Shown here piece by piece: positions 24,181 through 37,299 of a stretch of DNA of 64,000 nucleotides. How positions within the stretch are numbered: the first letter of the stretch is position 1; the number at the start of each line of letters is the position of its first letter. The notes under the pieces are model-generated. The model was given only the letters and a program-made list of their open reading frames with translations. It did no database searches and was not told where the DNA came from. Source of the stretch: Lama guanicoe (taxonomy: Eukaryota); the NCBI GenBank assembly GCA_013239625.1, contig MU054212.1:4262650-4326649 (forward strand), written 5' to 3'. The translations under genes were made by a program, and so were the position numbers.

Positions 24181-27100
24181 TCCATGTGAGGATGCTATTC
24201 CCTTCATTGACTTGCTTCTAGCCTTTGAGTTACTCCGGTTAATGACACATGAAGATAAACTTTCCCACAAACCCTTGCCCAGACTGCAGCTCTGTGACCA
24301 TCATAAACGCTTTCCGTCACTTTAAGTTGGAGGTGGTTTGTTTTGCACCAATAGATGACTGGAACGGGGTCAAAGCCCGTCTTTTTAAAATGTGGCAACC
24401 TTCAGTTTTATATTACATGGTAGATGAGAGTTAATTCCTCTGTCTTTGAAATATTTCCCTACGTATATTTTCTAAGGTCCAGTCAAATTCATGTGGCAGA
24501 TGCAAAATTGGTATCTGAGCATCTTACGAATCACAACATTTCAATGCAATGGTGCTTTACCAGTACTTTTAAAATGTGTGCCACTTACAGAATGTGACTA
24601 TATGTATACAAAATGTGAATGATAATGTATGTCCTCAACTTCTTGGCTTCAAAATACAACATTCAAAGATTTTCAAAGTAGAGCAATTGTAGAGAAGTAT
24701 CAATGAGTTGATTTTGGCCATGGTAAAGGGTCATGTGATTTTTCTTCCAGAAACATAGCTGCATAAATATCCTGGTCTGTGGGGAAAAGAAAGCAATATA
24801 CTCATTTATATTCCAAAATAGACAAATTGAAGCATCCTCTAGGAGTTTCACGACTTTTATATGAAATGTCCATCTGTATTAAAAAAATAGATTTTGGTGA
24901 GTTTATGAAGAGACTAAAACAGTTCCACTCTAGCACATATGTAAAAAAGGTACAATCTTGAGACAATTTTTGTAGCAAAGATTTTTTTAGATTTTTTATT
25001 TTACTTTTCCTTTGAGACTATCAATATAGACCTTTGTTTCTTCAGTAATTCAGAGGCCCTATACTAAGAAAGTCATGCTCTTAAAACTCATTTATACACA
25101 TGGCACAGAATTTCTGAGGTTTTCGTGTCTTGCACGTTATCACATGAAGTTCAGCTGCGTGTAGTGTGGATTTCACAGACTGCTGGTCAGTTTTCAATCT
25201 TCATTTGAACACGCTTGGAATGGTTTGCCTTATAATCCTCTTCCATGATGTGGAAGTGTTTCCTCCACCACTTACATATGGCAGATGTGTTGGTGTAAAT
25301 GTTCTAACACACTCCTCTTTCTCCAAATGGTCACCAATATTAATAGAAGTAATATCGAACCTTCAGATGTTCTGTTTAAAGAGATTAATGGTAGATACTT
25401 TCCTCTGTAAACTTTGAGGAAACAAAGAATCTCCAAAAGCTCAGATATACCACTATAAATGACTAGAATCTTGAGCTTTTGTAACTAAAGTAGGAGGGTT
25501 GAGAAGTGGAATAAAAAGAAAAGTGGTGTAATTTGCAAATATATAGAATTTTTTTTCTGGGCAATTAGTAGGAAATAATGTATTTAATATCAAATATCAA
25601 ACATTTAATACTACAGATGCCTTTTAAATTCCTGACACTGCACAAAAAATGTGTTGCCTCACCTTAAGGCAATACATGTTTCTCAAATTTCTTTAAAGGA
25701 AAATTCAAGCAACTTGGGAAATTGTGTCAGGATAACCTGATATTTTCCTTTTAGTCTGGGTCAAATATGCATTAAACGGACAATTCAAGCAAAACCATTT
25801 GAGATCTCACCTCCTTTAGTTTTCTTAAGGTGTCACCTTTATGGTTGTCTGCTCTGGTGCTTAAGGTTTTTGTGTTTAAGAGGGAAGGTGCTAACCGAAT
25901 ACAGAATTTTCTGAAATGCCTTTTTCCCCCCTATTCTGCTGCTGCTTTTGTTTCAAAGGAGTTGGCAGCTGCCTTTTAGTTCCGTGATAGCTTAGGAAAA
26001 CCTGCACTGTAAGCATGTTAATTTTCTTCCCTTTAGAAAAAGCTCGCTAATCTTAGGAGGTATTGCAAAAATTTAAATTGAAGTAAATAGAAAAATTGCT
26101 AAGTTGAAAAAAGAATGTTCCATGCAGCTTCTGACGAGTGGGGACACATCTGGCACGCAACAGAGCATGACATTCTTCAGTTCGTTGCTTTCTGAGGATG
26201 TGGGAAAGAGTTGTTACTGTTCAGTATGTGTCTGGTTTGGAGCACCAGCAGGTACAGGTTTAATTACTGATCAATGGACTGCTTGAGCTGTGGATTATTC
26301 AGGAGTAGACTAGTCCTATTTTCTGCTTTTCCCCATAGAAGCTCCTCTTCCAAAAGGCATCTTCAGAATAAAAAGACCAAACCTCTCATCAGTCGCTTAC
26401 TTTTTGTTTGATTTCTCATCTTCCTGTTTTTAATAGGCATGCTGGCATGTGGTTTATGAACCATTCAAGGCCATACCTGGCTTTTCAAAGCTATTCTTTT
26501 CACAGTGACCCTGCCAATGAGATCGACACAGGTGTTTTAGGAGTATGAGTTAAGTATAAGAGTCAGCAGTGAAAAATGCATCACTGGGGGCCACTTGGAG
26601 GGTTGAGAGCCAAAGAAATTCTTCCTTACAAACATTTGCAAAGTGGTGACACAGGAGTCTACCCGGCAGTGGATTATTCGCTGGTAGGGGAAAAATACGG
26701 CAGAAGGACATCCTAAGCAATACAGGGGTCAGCCTCTGGCACAAGTACGAGATAAGCCCAACTGGGTGTCCCATTTCACACGTGGAAGGATACATTCACT
26801 AGGTCCTAAGGAGCACTAGAGCTGCCAACAAAAGGTCACTGCAAAGAATAAATAGGAATAAAGGATCCAGCTTATCAGCCAGGATTGTTGTCATCATCTT
26901 TCTAGCTGCGTTGTCATCATTTCAACAGAAATTTTTTAACTTTCAGAAAATTCAAGTAGCTAAGTACATAGACTGTTGGAAATTGAATTGGATTTTCATT
27001 TTTAGGGGAATTACTGGTTTGCAGAAGGATGTCTTTGTGGAGGCTAATAATTTTTTCTTTTTTGAGTAATGTATCTTTTTTTTTTAAAATCCAAGATAGG

Positions 27101-27409
27101 CATTGTAACTAGAGTTAAACTAAAGTTCTGCTGCTTTGAGAAAAGCTAATACTTTGGGATGATAAATCAGCATCCTGGTATGCAATGACACAGATGAAGA
27201 AAATAAAAAAACTACTGAGATTTCAGTGGCCTCTAACATTGTTGATGACCCTCTTCTTCCCTGAACAGGACAATTTCACACCAATTTTCTCCCTGTTATT
27301 AAAATCGTTTCTTATTGCCTCAGTGCTTCAATGTGTCCCAAGTTTTCAACTAGGTCCTTCCAGCTGGATCTATTGATTCTTTCCAGCTGCTTTATAAAGA
27401 CCATTCATC

Positions 27410-27700
27410 TGTCAACCGACCCATCCATTCATTTATCCATCCATTCATCAGTTCAGCAAAGTGTACGTACATATAAGAAAGACACATAAAGATGGTAAAA
27501 CATAGTGCCTGAAATGAAAGAGTTGATAAGACAGTTGAGAACAGTGGCATGTATACAAGTAAATGATACTAAAAATAATTTCAATTACTTATCAATTTAT
27601 CACAGCTGACATTGGAACAAAAAGATTTAGGAATATAGAAAAAGAAAGCATTTCATCTGAAAAAAATTTTCTTAGGTTTCATATAGAGGGTAATACTTAA
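27410..27700 (-). mobile_element. LINE-2 3' end
   Basis: (CATT/CCAT)n tail then 'cagcaaagtgt..aaagatggtaaaacatagtgcctg'. Confidence 0.6.
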
Positions 27701-27734
27701 CATATTTAACAGCCATTAAAACTTTAATGAAAGC

Positions 27735-28010
27735 TAAAGCTATTTATTAAGTGGGGACTATGTATCATGCACAGTTCTAAGTAGATTATATATATATATA
27801 TATATACACATACACACACACATATGCATATATATATATATATATATAGGCCAATTAGACTTTACAATACCTTAAATTACCACTGTAATATTACTAAGGT
27901 AAAGAAACAAGGATATAGAGGAGTTAAATAACTTGCTAAAAATTGCACTTTTTATAAGAAGTGGAACTAGAATTCAGACCTATCAGCTTAATTCCGGTGT
28001 TTGAGCCCCA
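27735..28010 (-). mobile_element. MIR containing a (TA)n/(CA)n microsatellite (27787-27848)
   Basis: 'ctatttattaagtg..tatgtatcatgcacagttctaagt' ... 'gaggagttaaataacttgctaaaa..gtggaactagaattcagacc'. Confidence 0.75.
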
Positions 28011-28079
28011 ATAGGTGACCAATAATATATAAGAAAAATAATAATATTAGAGTCTGGTTCTTGTTTCAATATAATCATG

Positions 28080-28421
28080 GGAGCTACTTCCTGTGAAGCT
28101 AAGAAACAGATACGCTGTTTTTAAGGACCTTCAGGAAGCCCTATGAGAGGGCAACACGGAGAGGAAGGAAGATTTCCAGCCAGTGAAGAATTGAGGCGTC
28201 CATCCAACAGCCACGTGAATCTGCCTTCTTAATAGCAGACTCTCAAGGCATCAGAAGATGCAGTCTCAGCCAATATCTTCACTGCGACTCATGACATGCT
28301 CTTAGTAAGAACCACCCAACTCAACTGCACCCAGATTTGTAACCTATAGAAAGATTAATGTTCATTGTTTCAAGCCATTAAGTTGGAGTAGTTTGTAATC
28401 CAACAATAGATAACTAAAACA
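28080..28421 (+). mobile_element. MLT1 LTR 3' portion
   Basis: 'ccaacagccacgtga', 'gatgcagtctcagccaatatctt', 'aaccacccaactcaactgc', terminus 'ttgtttcaagccattaagttggagtagtttgt..caatagataactaaaaca'. Confidence 0.85.
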
Positions 28422-29319
28422 TAGCTTATGTCTTAGGCACAGTATGTCATATCAAAACATAGATATCCTGTTGGAGAGCATAGATGCATTTCACTTCCTT
28501 GTTTTCTTTCTTCACAATGTGGAAAAACCCCATCAGCACATCAGATCTTCCATTCAGGGTTTCTTTAATACCTGTTCCCCATCTCTAAGGCTCTGAAACT
28601 GATCTGATTATATTGCAACATATTATTGATCTATTAATCCAGATCACATACTTAAACAGATATGAGAATGTATTATTTGATATCTATTTGGGAACAATCC
28701 TCATACATTCTTAATATTTAGAAAGTAAGGCCACTTTCCCAAAGGGTGGAATGCTAAGATGCCAGACTTGATAATGCCCAACTTTGGGCATGGCATACAC
28801 ATTCTGCTGGCCTAAACAAGTCACATGGTCAGACTCATCCTGGGAGAGCAGGGGGGAGAATAAATAGTTGATGAATAATAATACAATCAACCACAATAGT
28901 TAAATTCACGTTTCAAAATCTTAGTTGAAAGAGAATAAAAATTTCTAAACATTATTCTGTATCTCCCTTTCTCATCACCTTTCTCAACATGTTCTTTCTT
29001 TCTTCTTTATCCCTTAGATTAATGCTTTTAATAACTGCCTTCAGCTATGCTCAGCACTTCTCCTGCATAATCCATTTGGTATTGAATTATATTTCTTCTC
29101 TTCTCTGACTTCAGTAGCTTATTATAACTAGTTATTTCAAATCATAAAATACATAAAATATTTTGTGTTTATATATAGTATTAACTTTAAACTGATACAT
29201 ATTAATATTGGTCTCTTCTAATTTTCTTGCAGTCATTCCCTTTCTCCATAACTGAAAATAAAAAGCAAGTTACCACTTCAGTTTAACTCTCCAAATCTTG
29301 ATTAATATTGCAACCGATT

Positions 29320-29357
29320 ATTGGTATAGTCATATGGTATAGTCATTGGTATAGTCA
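29320..29357. repeat. Short tandem repeat, TGGTATAGTCA x3
   Basis: Directly visible, with 1-2 nt spacers. Confidence 0.85.
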
Positions 29358-32300
29358 AGTCATATACTAGTGCAAACATGAGAATCTCTTTCTCTTTTTT
29401 TTTTCTTATATAATCAGGGTAACCTAGAAATAAGTTCTGTTCTTTATTTGGAAATTAAATTTATCTTCCTAAATAAAATATGCATCTGGCTGGGATGTTT
29501 CCTAATGACTATAACAAAAGCTCTGTAAGTAGAATTGGAAAAACCACTAAATATATATATGTGCTGGGACAGGAGCTGATGTATTAGAGTAAGTAGCTCA
29601 CTCATAGTCAAGTAACAAAGCACTGCTCACACCCAACCTTTTAGCTCTGGATTCTACCAGTATTGAACAGTATATTGTCTGTCTTCCACCCTGTGTCCTT
29701 CTTCCTTCTTTTCCTATTGTCTTCCATTCCTTCTTGTCCTCCTTATCTCCCTTTAAGAAATGTTTATTGGCTACTGTGGAGCCTTTCTAAAATAACAACA
29801 AGTTAAAAAATATGTGAAGGGGAGCATAGGTCTCTACATATATATGTCAATGTATCTCAACACATGGCCATTAATATTTGCGTGTCAATTGGTTATCCAC
29901 AGTATCTCCTTCTGTGGGATCAGGGGCATAGAGATAATAGTAGAGGTTCTATAATGGGGATCAGATGATGGTAAGAAAAGTGGAGGTAAGTAAACAAATA
30001 AGCATTTTTTCCACTTTACATTTTTGCCTCGGCTTCCCAAGCATGCGTGCATTCTGTGGCTGCATGAAGATTATTTTGCCACCGAACTGTACTTGCAAAA
30101 ATACTTTTGAAAGGGTTAAATATAGCTCTTTGCCAGTGAGTGATTGCTGGGAATTTTAATAAGCCTGAGCTCCTGCATTTCAGCAGATAACAGTCACCAG
30201 GATTGCTGTGCATACAGAACTGTATAGTGTCATGTTCTCAAGGCTACACAATCCTTGTAGAAATTGCTCCCAGAATGACCCAGCCTCATAGGGGACAGAT
30301 CCACATGGTGTTGCAGAAGCCACCACAATGCTGAGGTTCTCGCTGAAGCTGTACCCTTTGGATTTTGAAGCCAGCTGAACTGGAAGGATGATGTTCTGAC
30401 CGAAGACCTGTCCATCCCCATCACGTGGTTACCTGGGATGACAAGTGTCCCCGTGAGATGGAAGTTGTGCTGTCTTCCAGCATGCTGGAACTGTCCCTCC
30501 ATTCAGAGTCCCTGAGTTTGTGGGTAGTAGCAGAATTCACTGCATAGCACACAATGCAAAAGAGTCACAAATATGATCATCCTGGGGCTCGGCGTCCCAA
30601 TGCCTGGAGTGATTAACTCCACGTGCCGTGGCTGAGGTCTGTGATTGTGTTCAAGTGAGGTGATGAGGTACCCAGCCGTAAAGGGTACGGTGGCTTGACG
30701 CCTTTATTCTAAACACAACTTTAAAAGGAATAGTTTTTGCTACATGACATGGCACTGCTTCCACTCAGGAAATGAATTTTTCTGTGCTGGATCTCTTATG
30801 AATTCTGTGTGATTTTGGTCCCAGGAGTCTAAGAAAAACTGCTCTTTTTGTACTACTAAGTGATGCAATGTGTAGTCTAAACAGATGGAAACAGCTTGAC
30901 TTTAACATAAGTGTTGGAATACGTAGTTTAAGTGTAGAAATCCACAAGGCACAAGTAACAGAAAGTCTGTATCATTTAAAAGGCTTATCAAGTTTACACT
31001 GACGCAGGGATTGGAGGCATTGCTGCATGAGGCTTTATTTTTTAAATGACTTTGGTATGAAATTAATAGAGAGTTTTTAAACATTATATACCTAAAAAAA
31101 GACTGAACATTAAAAGAACTTAAAATGGTAACTAGTGCAAAGTAAGTGCTTATTAAACATTAGCTATTATTTTAGTAATGGTACTTAAATTTTTCTTTTT
31201 CTTTATGCAAAGGGCAATGACATATTAAGATATTCTGGTATTTATACCAGAAATTTTCCAGTGTGATATATCCTGATGGGCCATCTTTCCACAAAATACA
31301 AGTCTTAACAATCGTTGGTAAATAGTGATTTTTAAACTCTCAAGTTATGCCTTGCATATTGTTATTTTCATATTTATCAATCATGCTTTGATTTTTTAAG
31401 GAACACCTAGAAAAGGTATTTTTTCCTAGGTATGTGAAATCTTAGGTGCAGTTTTTGAATACCATTCCTGAGCAGTATTTATGTGTGAAATGACTGTTGG
31501 TAATACCCAAGAGGACTGTTGACAAAACTGGAGCTGTGAGCTTCAGCTGTGCTTCTGTCACATTGCTGTCTGGCCCTTTTCCCATCCTTTATCCACTCTG
31601 CCTTTTTTGTTGCTCCTTCCTTTACTCATTCTTTCACCAGCCCCTCAGGTTGAGAGTTAAGGTCAGCCGGCTATCCTCAATTGTTCACGTCAACAAGAAA
31701 AATATCTGATAAGACCAACAGATTATGAAGTATTATTAATTTAACAGTGCTCTCCACAGAGTTCTCTTCATTTTAAAAGAGGACTTCGAGAAGCAGGAAA
31801 TGCTTAACCTGAAGGAAGGATTCATTAATCACTATCATTAGTGACAGGTCAACAGATAGCCTCCCTACACTTTGCAAATCCCCCGCCATTTTACCTGTGG
31901 GTAAGGATGGCTCTTGTACCAGTGCTGTTATGCAAGTGCATTTTGGGGGAACATTTTATTCTTTTAGGGTAGTATTGTAAATACAACAATTAGTTTGAAA
32001 AAGTGATTTTTTTTTTGTATGACCTTGTATATCTAGTGAACGCAGTAAGCCAGTGAAAACCTAGCTAATTTCCAAAGCTTAGTGAACTTGATTTATATTA
32101 TTTGTTATAAGGCTAACATTGTGTGAGTCTTGTGGTTCATCATTTAACGGTGCCATGATGTGAAAGTGGGTAGATGATGTCCAAAAAAATGGTCTCTCTT
32201 TCATTTATTTGAATATTTAATTTCAAATGAATGATTGTTCATTCAAATTTCAGAAGAGTGAGATTTCAGTATATTAAATTAAGCAAAACTGTAGTCCTCA

Positions 32301-33215
32301 CAAAATTTCTCTTTCACCAGGATTGTTAATGGTCACTTCCGGAATGAAGGATAACTGGTAGGGTGTGATGGTGGTGGGTGGGACAGCTCTGGTTATGAGC
32401 TCCTCTTTTAAACATATGCAGTAATATCTAAACCTTGGACAGATTGTTTCATTACCACTCTAAGCCAATAATGTAGCACAACCATGTTAAAAATACCAAC
32501 AATAATATATCTCATAATGTTAACCTACCAATAAGGGTTATCAGTAGAATCCACACTGGGTCTTCTCCAAAACTAAGCTTCTCCTCTACCTGTTAGGGCC
32601 CAAGATCAAGGCACTGTGTACATTTTTGAATGCCAATAGCTCTTCTTCAGAACAAAGCAATGACCAGTCAGATAACAAAGGGTGAGCATGACTACAAGTT
32701 CCCACACTGAGTCAGGCATACGTGGTGACAGAAAGATAAGGCAAGAGCAACGTAATGGACAGCAGAGGTTGGGGATCTACCCAACTCAAGTGCTATTGTG
32801 TAAAGAGAGAGCTCAGCTAAGATGCAAAAATAGGCAGTGGATTGTTCGAACAGATATTTTTTGTCTTTTTACCTAAACATGTATTGGATTTTTGTATTTT
32901 TAAATGAATGTACTACATGATTTTTTTCACTAAAATCGTAAGCAGAACTGTAACGAAGCTCTTAATGACTGAATGGTGTTTAAAATAAATACATTTTTCA
33001 TTTATTCCAGTTCATTACCTGTTTGGGAATATTTTGAACCATGGTTTTTAATTATTTAGGAACTCCTCTTCTTTTATTGTCCTGGTTAATTAAAAGGTGT
33101 CTGCCTCTGAAATGACAAGTAAATCTTTAAACACATCGCAGCAGGTGTGTACAAAATAGTTTTCATGGAACTTGGTGCTTTTTCAAGTATCTACACATTA
33201 TATACAGAATGGCTT

Positions 33216-33366
33216 GCACACACGCACACACGCACACACACACGTCCAACAAATGAAATGTACATTTTCTATCACATATCTAATCACCTTCAAATCATCA
33301 GAGGCAAGGAATTTGCTTGAGATTTCCTGGATTTCTAGGCTAGAAATACTGGTGTCTTAAAACTGA

Positions 33367-33406
<40 letters not shown>

Positions 33407-33478
33407 CTTTTAACTTCCACTAACCTCTTTCAGACAGTTCACAAAATAGTTTTATCTACCTATCTATCTATCTATCTC
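33216..33478. repeat. Microsatellite cluster: (CA)n at 33216-33243, (TA)n at about 33375-33403, (TATC)n at about 33453-33476
   Basis: Directly visible. Confidence 0.9.
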
Positions 33479-36054
33479 TAATTATATTTGGTTACAAATC
33501 ACATCAATTTCTTCTTTAATGGCTGCCACCAGCGAAAGACTCAGAATAGGCTGCTGTATCGACATATTTCAGGGCAATTTCTTGTCCTAGGGTGTCCTGA
33601 GGAAATAGCGTTACCTAAACTTACACATTACTTCTCATTGGATAGTATCTTCTATGTTATGGATCTATATTTCATTTTACTGCTTCCCCTACAGAGAAAA
33701 TCCAATCTTAAAAGGTTGTAGTATAATATAAAACTAAGAGTATAGGTTTTCTTTTTGCCAAATTCAGAGAAAGAAAATTGTCTAACTCCACTATACTGTC
33801 CGATATACATCATATGTTTTCCAAATAGATGTTTTATTTGGAATATCTTCTTAATGGAATATAGTTTCTACTAAATATTTGCAATATATACGTACGTTTT
33901 CTCACAAGATACAGTGTCCATAATATGAATTGAATTTTTACTTGAGGTGTCCCAGTGTCCCACTGATATCAATATCTTAAACCTTTTCATTATGGAACAA
34001 ATTGATCAGTGTAATTTCGAGATGTATGTGTTATTTATCCAACTTCTGGTGTATAAAACACATAGATTTCAAAAGTGCCTAATATAATCTGATGATCAAA
34101 GTGTTCAAAAAATCATACTTAGGGAAGTATTTTATTTCTGAGAAACTAATCTTATTTAGGATTTGAATAAATGCTCCATAACTCAAGTTTTAAAACTAAT
34201 TAGAATATTGAGTTTACATCAGAGTTGATCACTTGATTGTCATAGTCTGCCTTGAACATCCATTATACATATTCAATCTACATCTAGCATATGGTCTACT
34301 AACAGTAGCTGACCACAGATTCAGTTTCTTTTGCATTGAAAATAAAAATCTTAGCTTGGCATGAATCCCCATAAATACCTTCAGCCTACCTCGGCATTTA
34401 TGCAGCAGCAGAGGACCATTATTCAGTGACACATTCTATCCCACTCACATTATCACTCAAAGATGGTCGATTTCATTTTCAGGAAGGTCCCAAAGAGCCA
34501 CAGACAAGTTACAATCAATCGCACAACCACGACTGCAGGCAGAGTCATGTGACTTGCAAAAAGAGTAAGGAAAACACAAATGTACTAACGCATATTTAAA
34601 TTTTATATTTAGCCCCTAAAAGACTGATGAATTGTAGCATATCTTTCACATTAACAATATTATGTTTAATCCATGCCAGTTTTTTTCAGGGGCATATGTA
34701 CATACCAACATGAGTGTAAATGCTTTGCTGTGTGGCTGTAGACTACAGACAGGCCGGGTGCTATGGGAAAGTTCGCAGTGATTGTATATACTAGGTAGTG
34801 TATGACCAAGTACGAGTGGAGAGCTTTGTAGTCGAGTAAAGCCAGATATGGGTCAGATTAGGCTTGAGGGATAGTTTAGGGAAGTAGAAAGCAGGTTGGA
34901 GTAAGTGGTAGGTATCAGGGGTCAGCGAAATCACCACCAGGATCAAGTAAGGCTGAAGTGTAACAGAAGGTGAAAAATAACGTTAGGGATTCAGGCCACG
35001 AGGCTTGAAAGAGCTTTAGGGAGAGGCAGCCCTGGGCTCCATGGAAAGTTTTGAAGGAGCAATCTCCCTGGCATTGTGAGAGTTTTTCTGTAATGAGATC
35101 CAGACTCATTCAGTGGAGCAAATCCTGCCTCCCTACCTCTCTTTTTGTGAAATATTTCTACCTGTCAGTTCAAGTCTTAAAGGAGCCTTGAAATTACCTT
35201 TCTTTCTCCAAAAGATTTTTAGTTTCTGTGGTGGAAGTCGGAATTGCATCTTGGGACCGGATGGGAAATCCCGCCCGTCTGTCTGTGCCGTGTGGCTACA
35301 GCCCCCTGATCGCTGCTTCCCCTACAACCACCCACTTTCTTTATGTCGAAGGCTGATCAGAAGTTACTAAATCTTCTCATACAACTCGGTCCCACACCCA
35401 TTTCACCGGGAAGGAAACCAAGATTTGGCAAAATAAAAGCTTGAGCCACGTCCAAGCTCGTTAATAAATGAACTGAGACTGGAGGCCGGGCCTCTTGGTG
35501 TTCCTGCCGGTGACTTTCTGCTTTATCTAACGGCCTCCTCGTGTACCCTGTTTTACTCAGTCCAGAACGGAGGCCCAGCTAGGCATGGGGCCCTTGGCAG
35601 AGGTTTTATGGAATTCAATTGTGAAAGCATTTCCTGTGAAATCGTTATCTTACCCTTTGTAATGGAAATGGAAGGCTATCAAGATGGGCTAGCTAAATAG
35701 AGAAATTGAATTATCACAAAGTCCTCCCATCGCTATCCGCATAATTGTCAAGAGTTCAAAATGTCAGACCGTATTGCTATGTTCCATGTTCCATGTAGGG
35801 CTGAATGAGCTTTTTATGTCTATTAAGATGCACATAATTTTCATCCTCCTCTAAAGAGCCTCCAAAGAAACTGGCAGCACTCTATAGAGTTTGTAATATT
35901 TGCCAATAAAATAAGTGCCATCATATATATATATATAAAATGAATAACAGAGATTTTAAAGATCTTAGACAACTTGTCTAAACTTTTTAGAACTCAGTTT
36001 TTTCTTATTCTATAAAATATAGAAGAACTGGATGAGAATTGAGTGCTAGTCAAG

Positions 36055-36285
36055 ACACAGATGGTGGTTCCAGATTTGCTCATTCTCATCCTGGTTCTGC
36101 CACTTACCGGGCGTATGTCCTTGAGTACATTTTCCTGCACTGATCTTTCTGAATGTAAAATAAGGCTAGTGACTGACTCCAGCTCATAGAGTTGTTTTGA
36201 AAGTAAAATGAGTTAATAGATGAAAACCACTTAGAACAGTGGTTGGCCCATAGTAGGTATTTTATTAGATTTAGGTATTATTATT
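36055..36285 (+). mobile_element. MIR SINE, near full length
   Basis: 'atcctggttctgccacttacc..tgtaaaataagg..tcatagagttgttttgaaagtaaaatgagttaatagatgaaaaccacttagaacagtggttggcccatagtagg'. Confidence 0.88.
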
Positions 36286-36380
36286 GCAGTTAATTCTAGG
36301 ATGCATTCTAGATCTATAATTTGGAAATTCTATAAATATATCCTCTATGGTGATTTTTGTTTGAAAATCTGAATTTTATA

Positions 36381-36430
36381 GTAACTAAAGTCTATTGTAA
36401 CTAAAGTCTATTGTAACTAAAGTCTATTGT
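36381..36430. repeat. Perfect 16-bp tandem repeat GTAACTAAAGTCTATT x3
   Basis: Directly visible. Confidence 0.97.
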
Positions 36431-36569
36431 TTGTACGTTTTAGAAGTGGAACAGCTAATTTATTCATGGTTTCTATAACAAGAATTCATTACATTCTGTT
36501 TGACCATAAATATATGTAACTTTAAATCAGTGATGATCATGACCATCCACCCAGAACAGCTGGAGAGAC

Positions 36570-36690
36570 TTCTTTTTTATTTAAATTTTTTGGCAGGGGA
36601 GGAGCTAATTAGGTTGGTTGGTTTATTTAATTTTAGAGAAGGTACTGGGAACTGAATGCACTCTACTACTTGAGCTATACCCTCTCCCCT
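36570..36690 (-). mobile_element. Camelid-type tRNA-derived SINE with internal deletion
   Basis: Reverse complement reads ggggagagggtatagctcaagtagtagagtgca/ttcagttcccagtacc..taaataaacc..ctaattagctcctcccc-A tail. Flanked by a 15-bp direct repeat, acccagaacagctgg. Confidence 0.8.
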
Positions 36691-37299
36691 GACCCAGAAC
36701 AGCTGGGTGTCTGACACTCTCCTCTCACTAACATTGGCTGTCTAGGGCAGAGCCACTCACCCACGATGGATGGGATACAAGTCTCCTCATGAAGGTGGAA
36801 TTTGATGCAGTTTGGAGATGATTCTGATACACTTCTTCTACCAAACAAATGAGCACAAAACCGCAGCTATACTTGAGAATCGCTGCTTTAGATTTATTTG
36901 CAAAACCAAATGCAAGCAGAATATCTCCAAGCTATCTCAATTAGGGAGTTTAATAAAAAAGAGAAATTCAGTTAAGTCGATATGGCACTTCTTTCCTCCT
37001 TTGAATGCTGTTGGGAGCAGGTGGAGAAGGAGTCACTGAAGTTAGCCACTTGACAGGGGACGGTGGCTGTAGGATCGACATGATGAGGAGCCACGGCCCC
37101 GCTAAAAGTCCCCCATCAGCAAGGTGCTTCCAGCGAAACTTCTCACCAGACCTGGTCAATATATCTATTACAATAAGACATCTTGATTTAGACTTAATTT
37201 CATTATGCAGGTGCTTTGACCTGCCTAATACCCTACCCCATTGTCACGAGTCTTTCCTCTATTATCTCCCACGGTTCTGGGCAACTGGCCAACATCAAT

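Larger units (their letters stand above)
23370..24366 (+). mobile_element. MLT1 LTR split by MER58A and L1 insertions
   Basis: 5' part 23370-23640 ('cccttgaatctggcc', 'gatgctcacttttggaacccag', 'aacagccaatgtcaac..catgtgagtga'). 3' part 24185-24366 ends 'cactttaagttggaggtggtttgttttgcaccaatagatgactggaac'. Confidence 0.8.

Noticed and set aside
29320..29357. CRISPR-like or iteron array
   Set aside because: Simple short tandem repeat without unique spacers, in a mammalian context.
30230..30502. 90-aa ORF in a moderately GC-rich unique block
   Set aside because: No recognisable homology in the frames I translated, and no clear exon boundaries.
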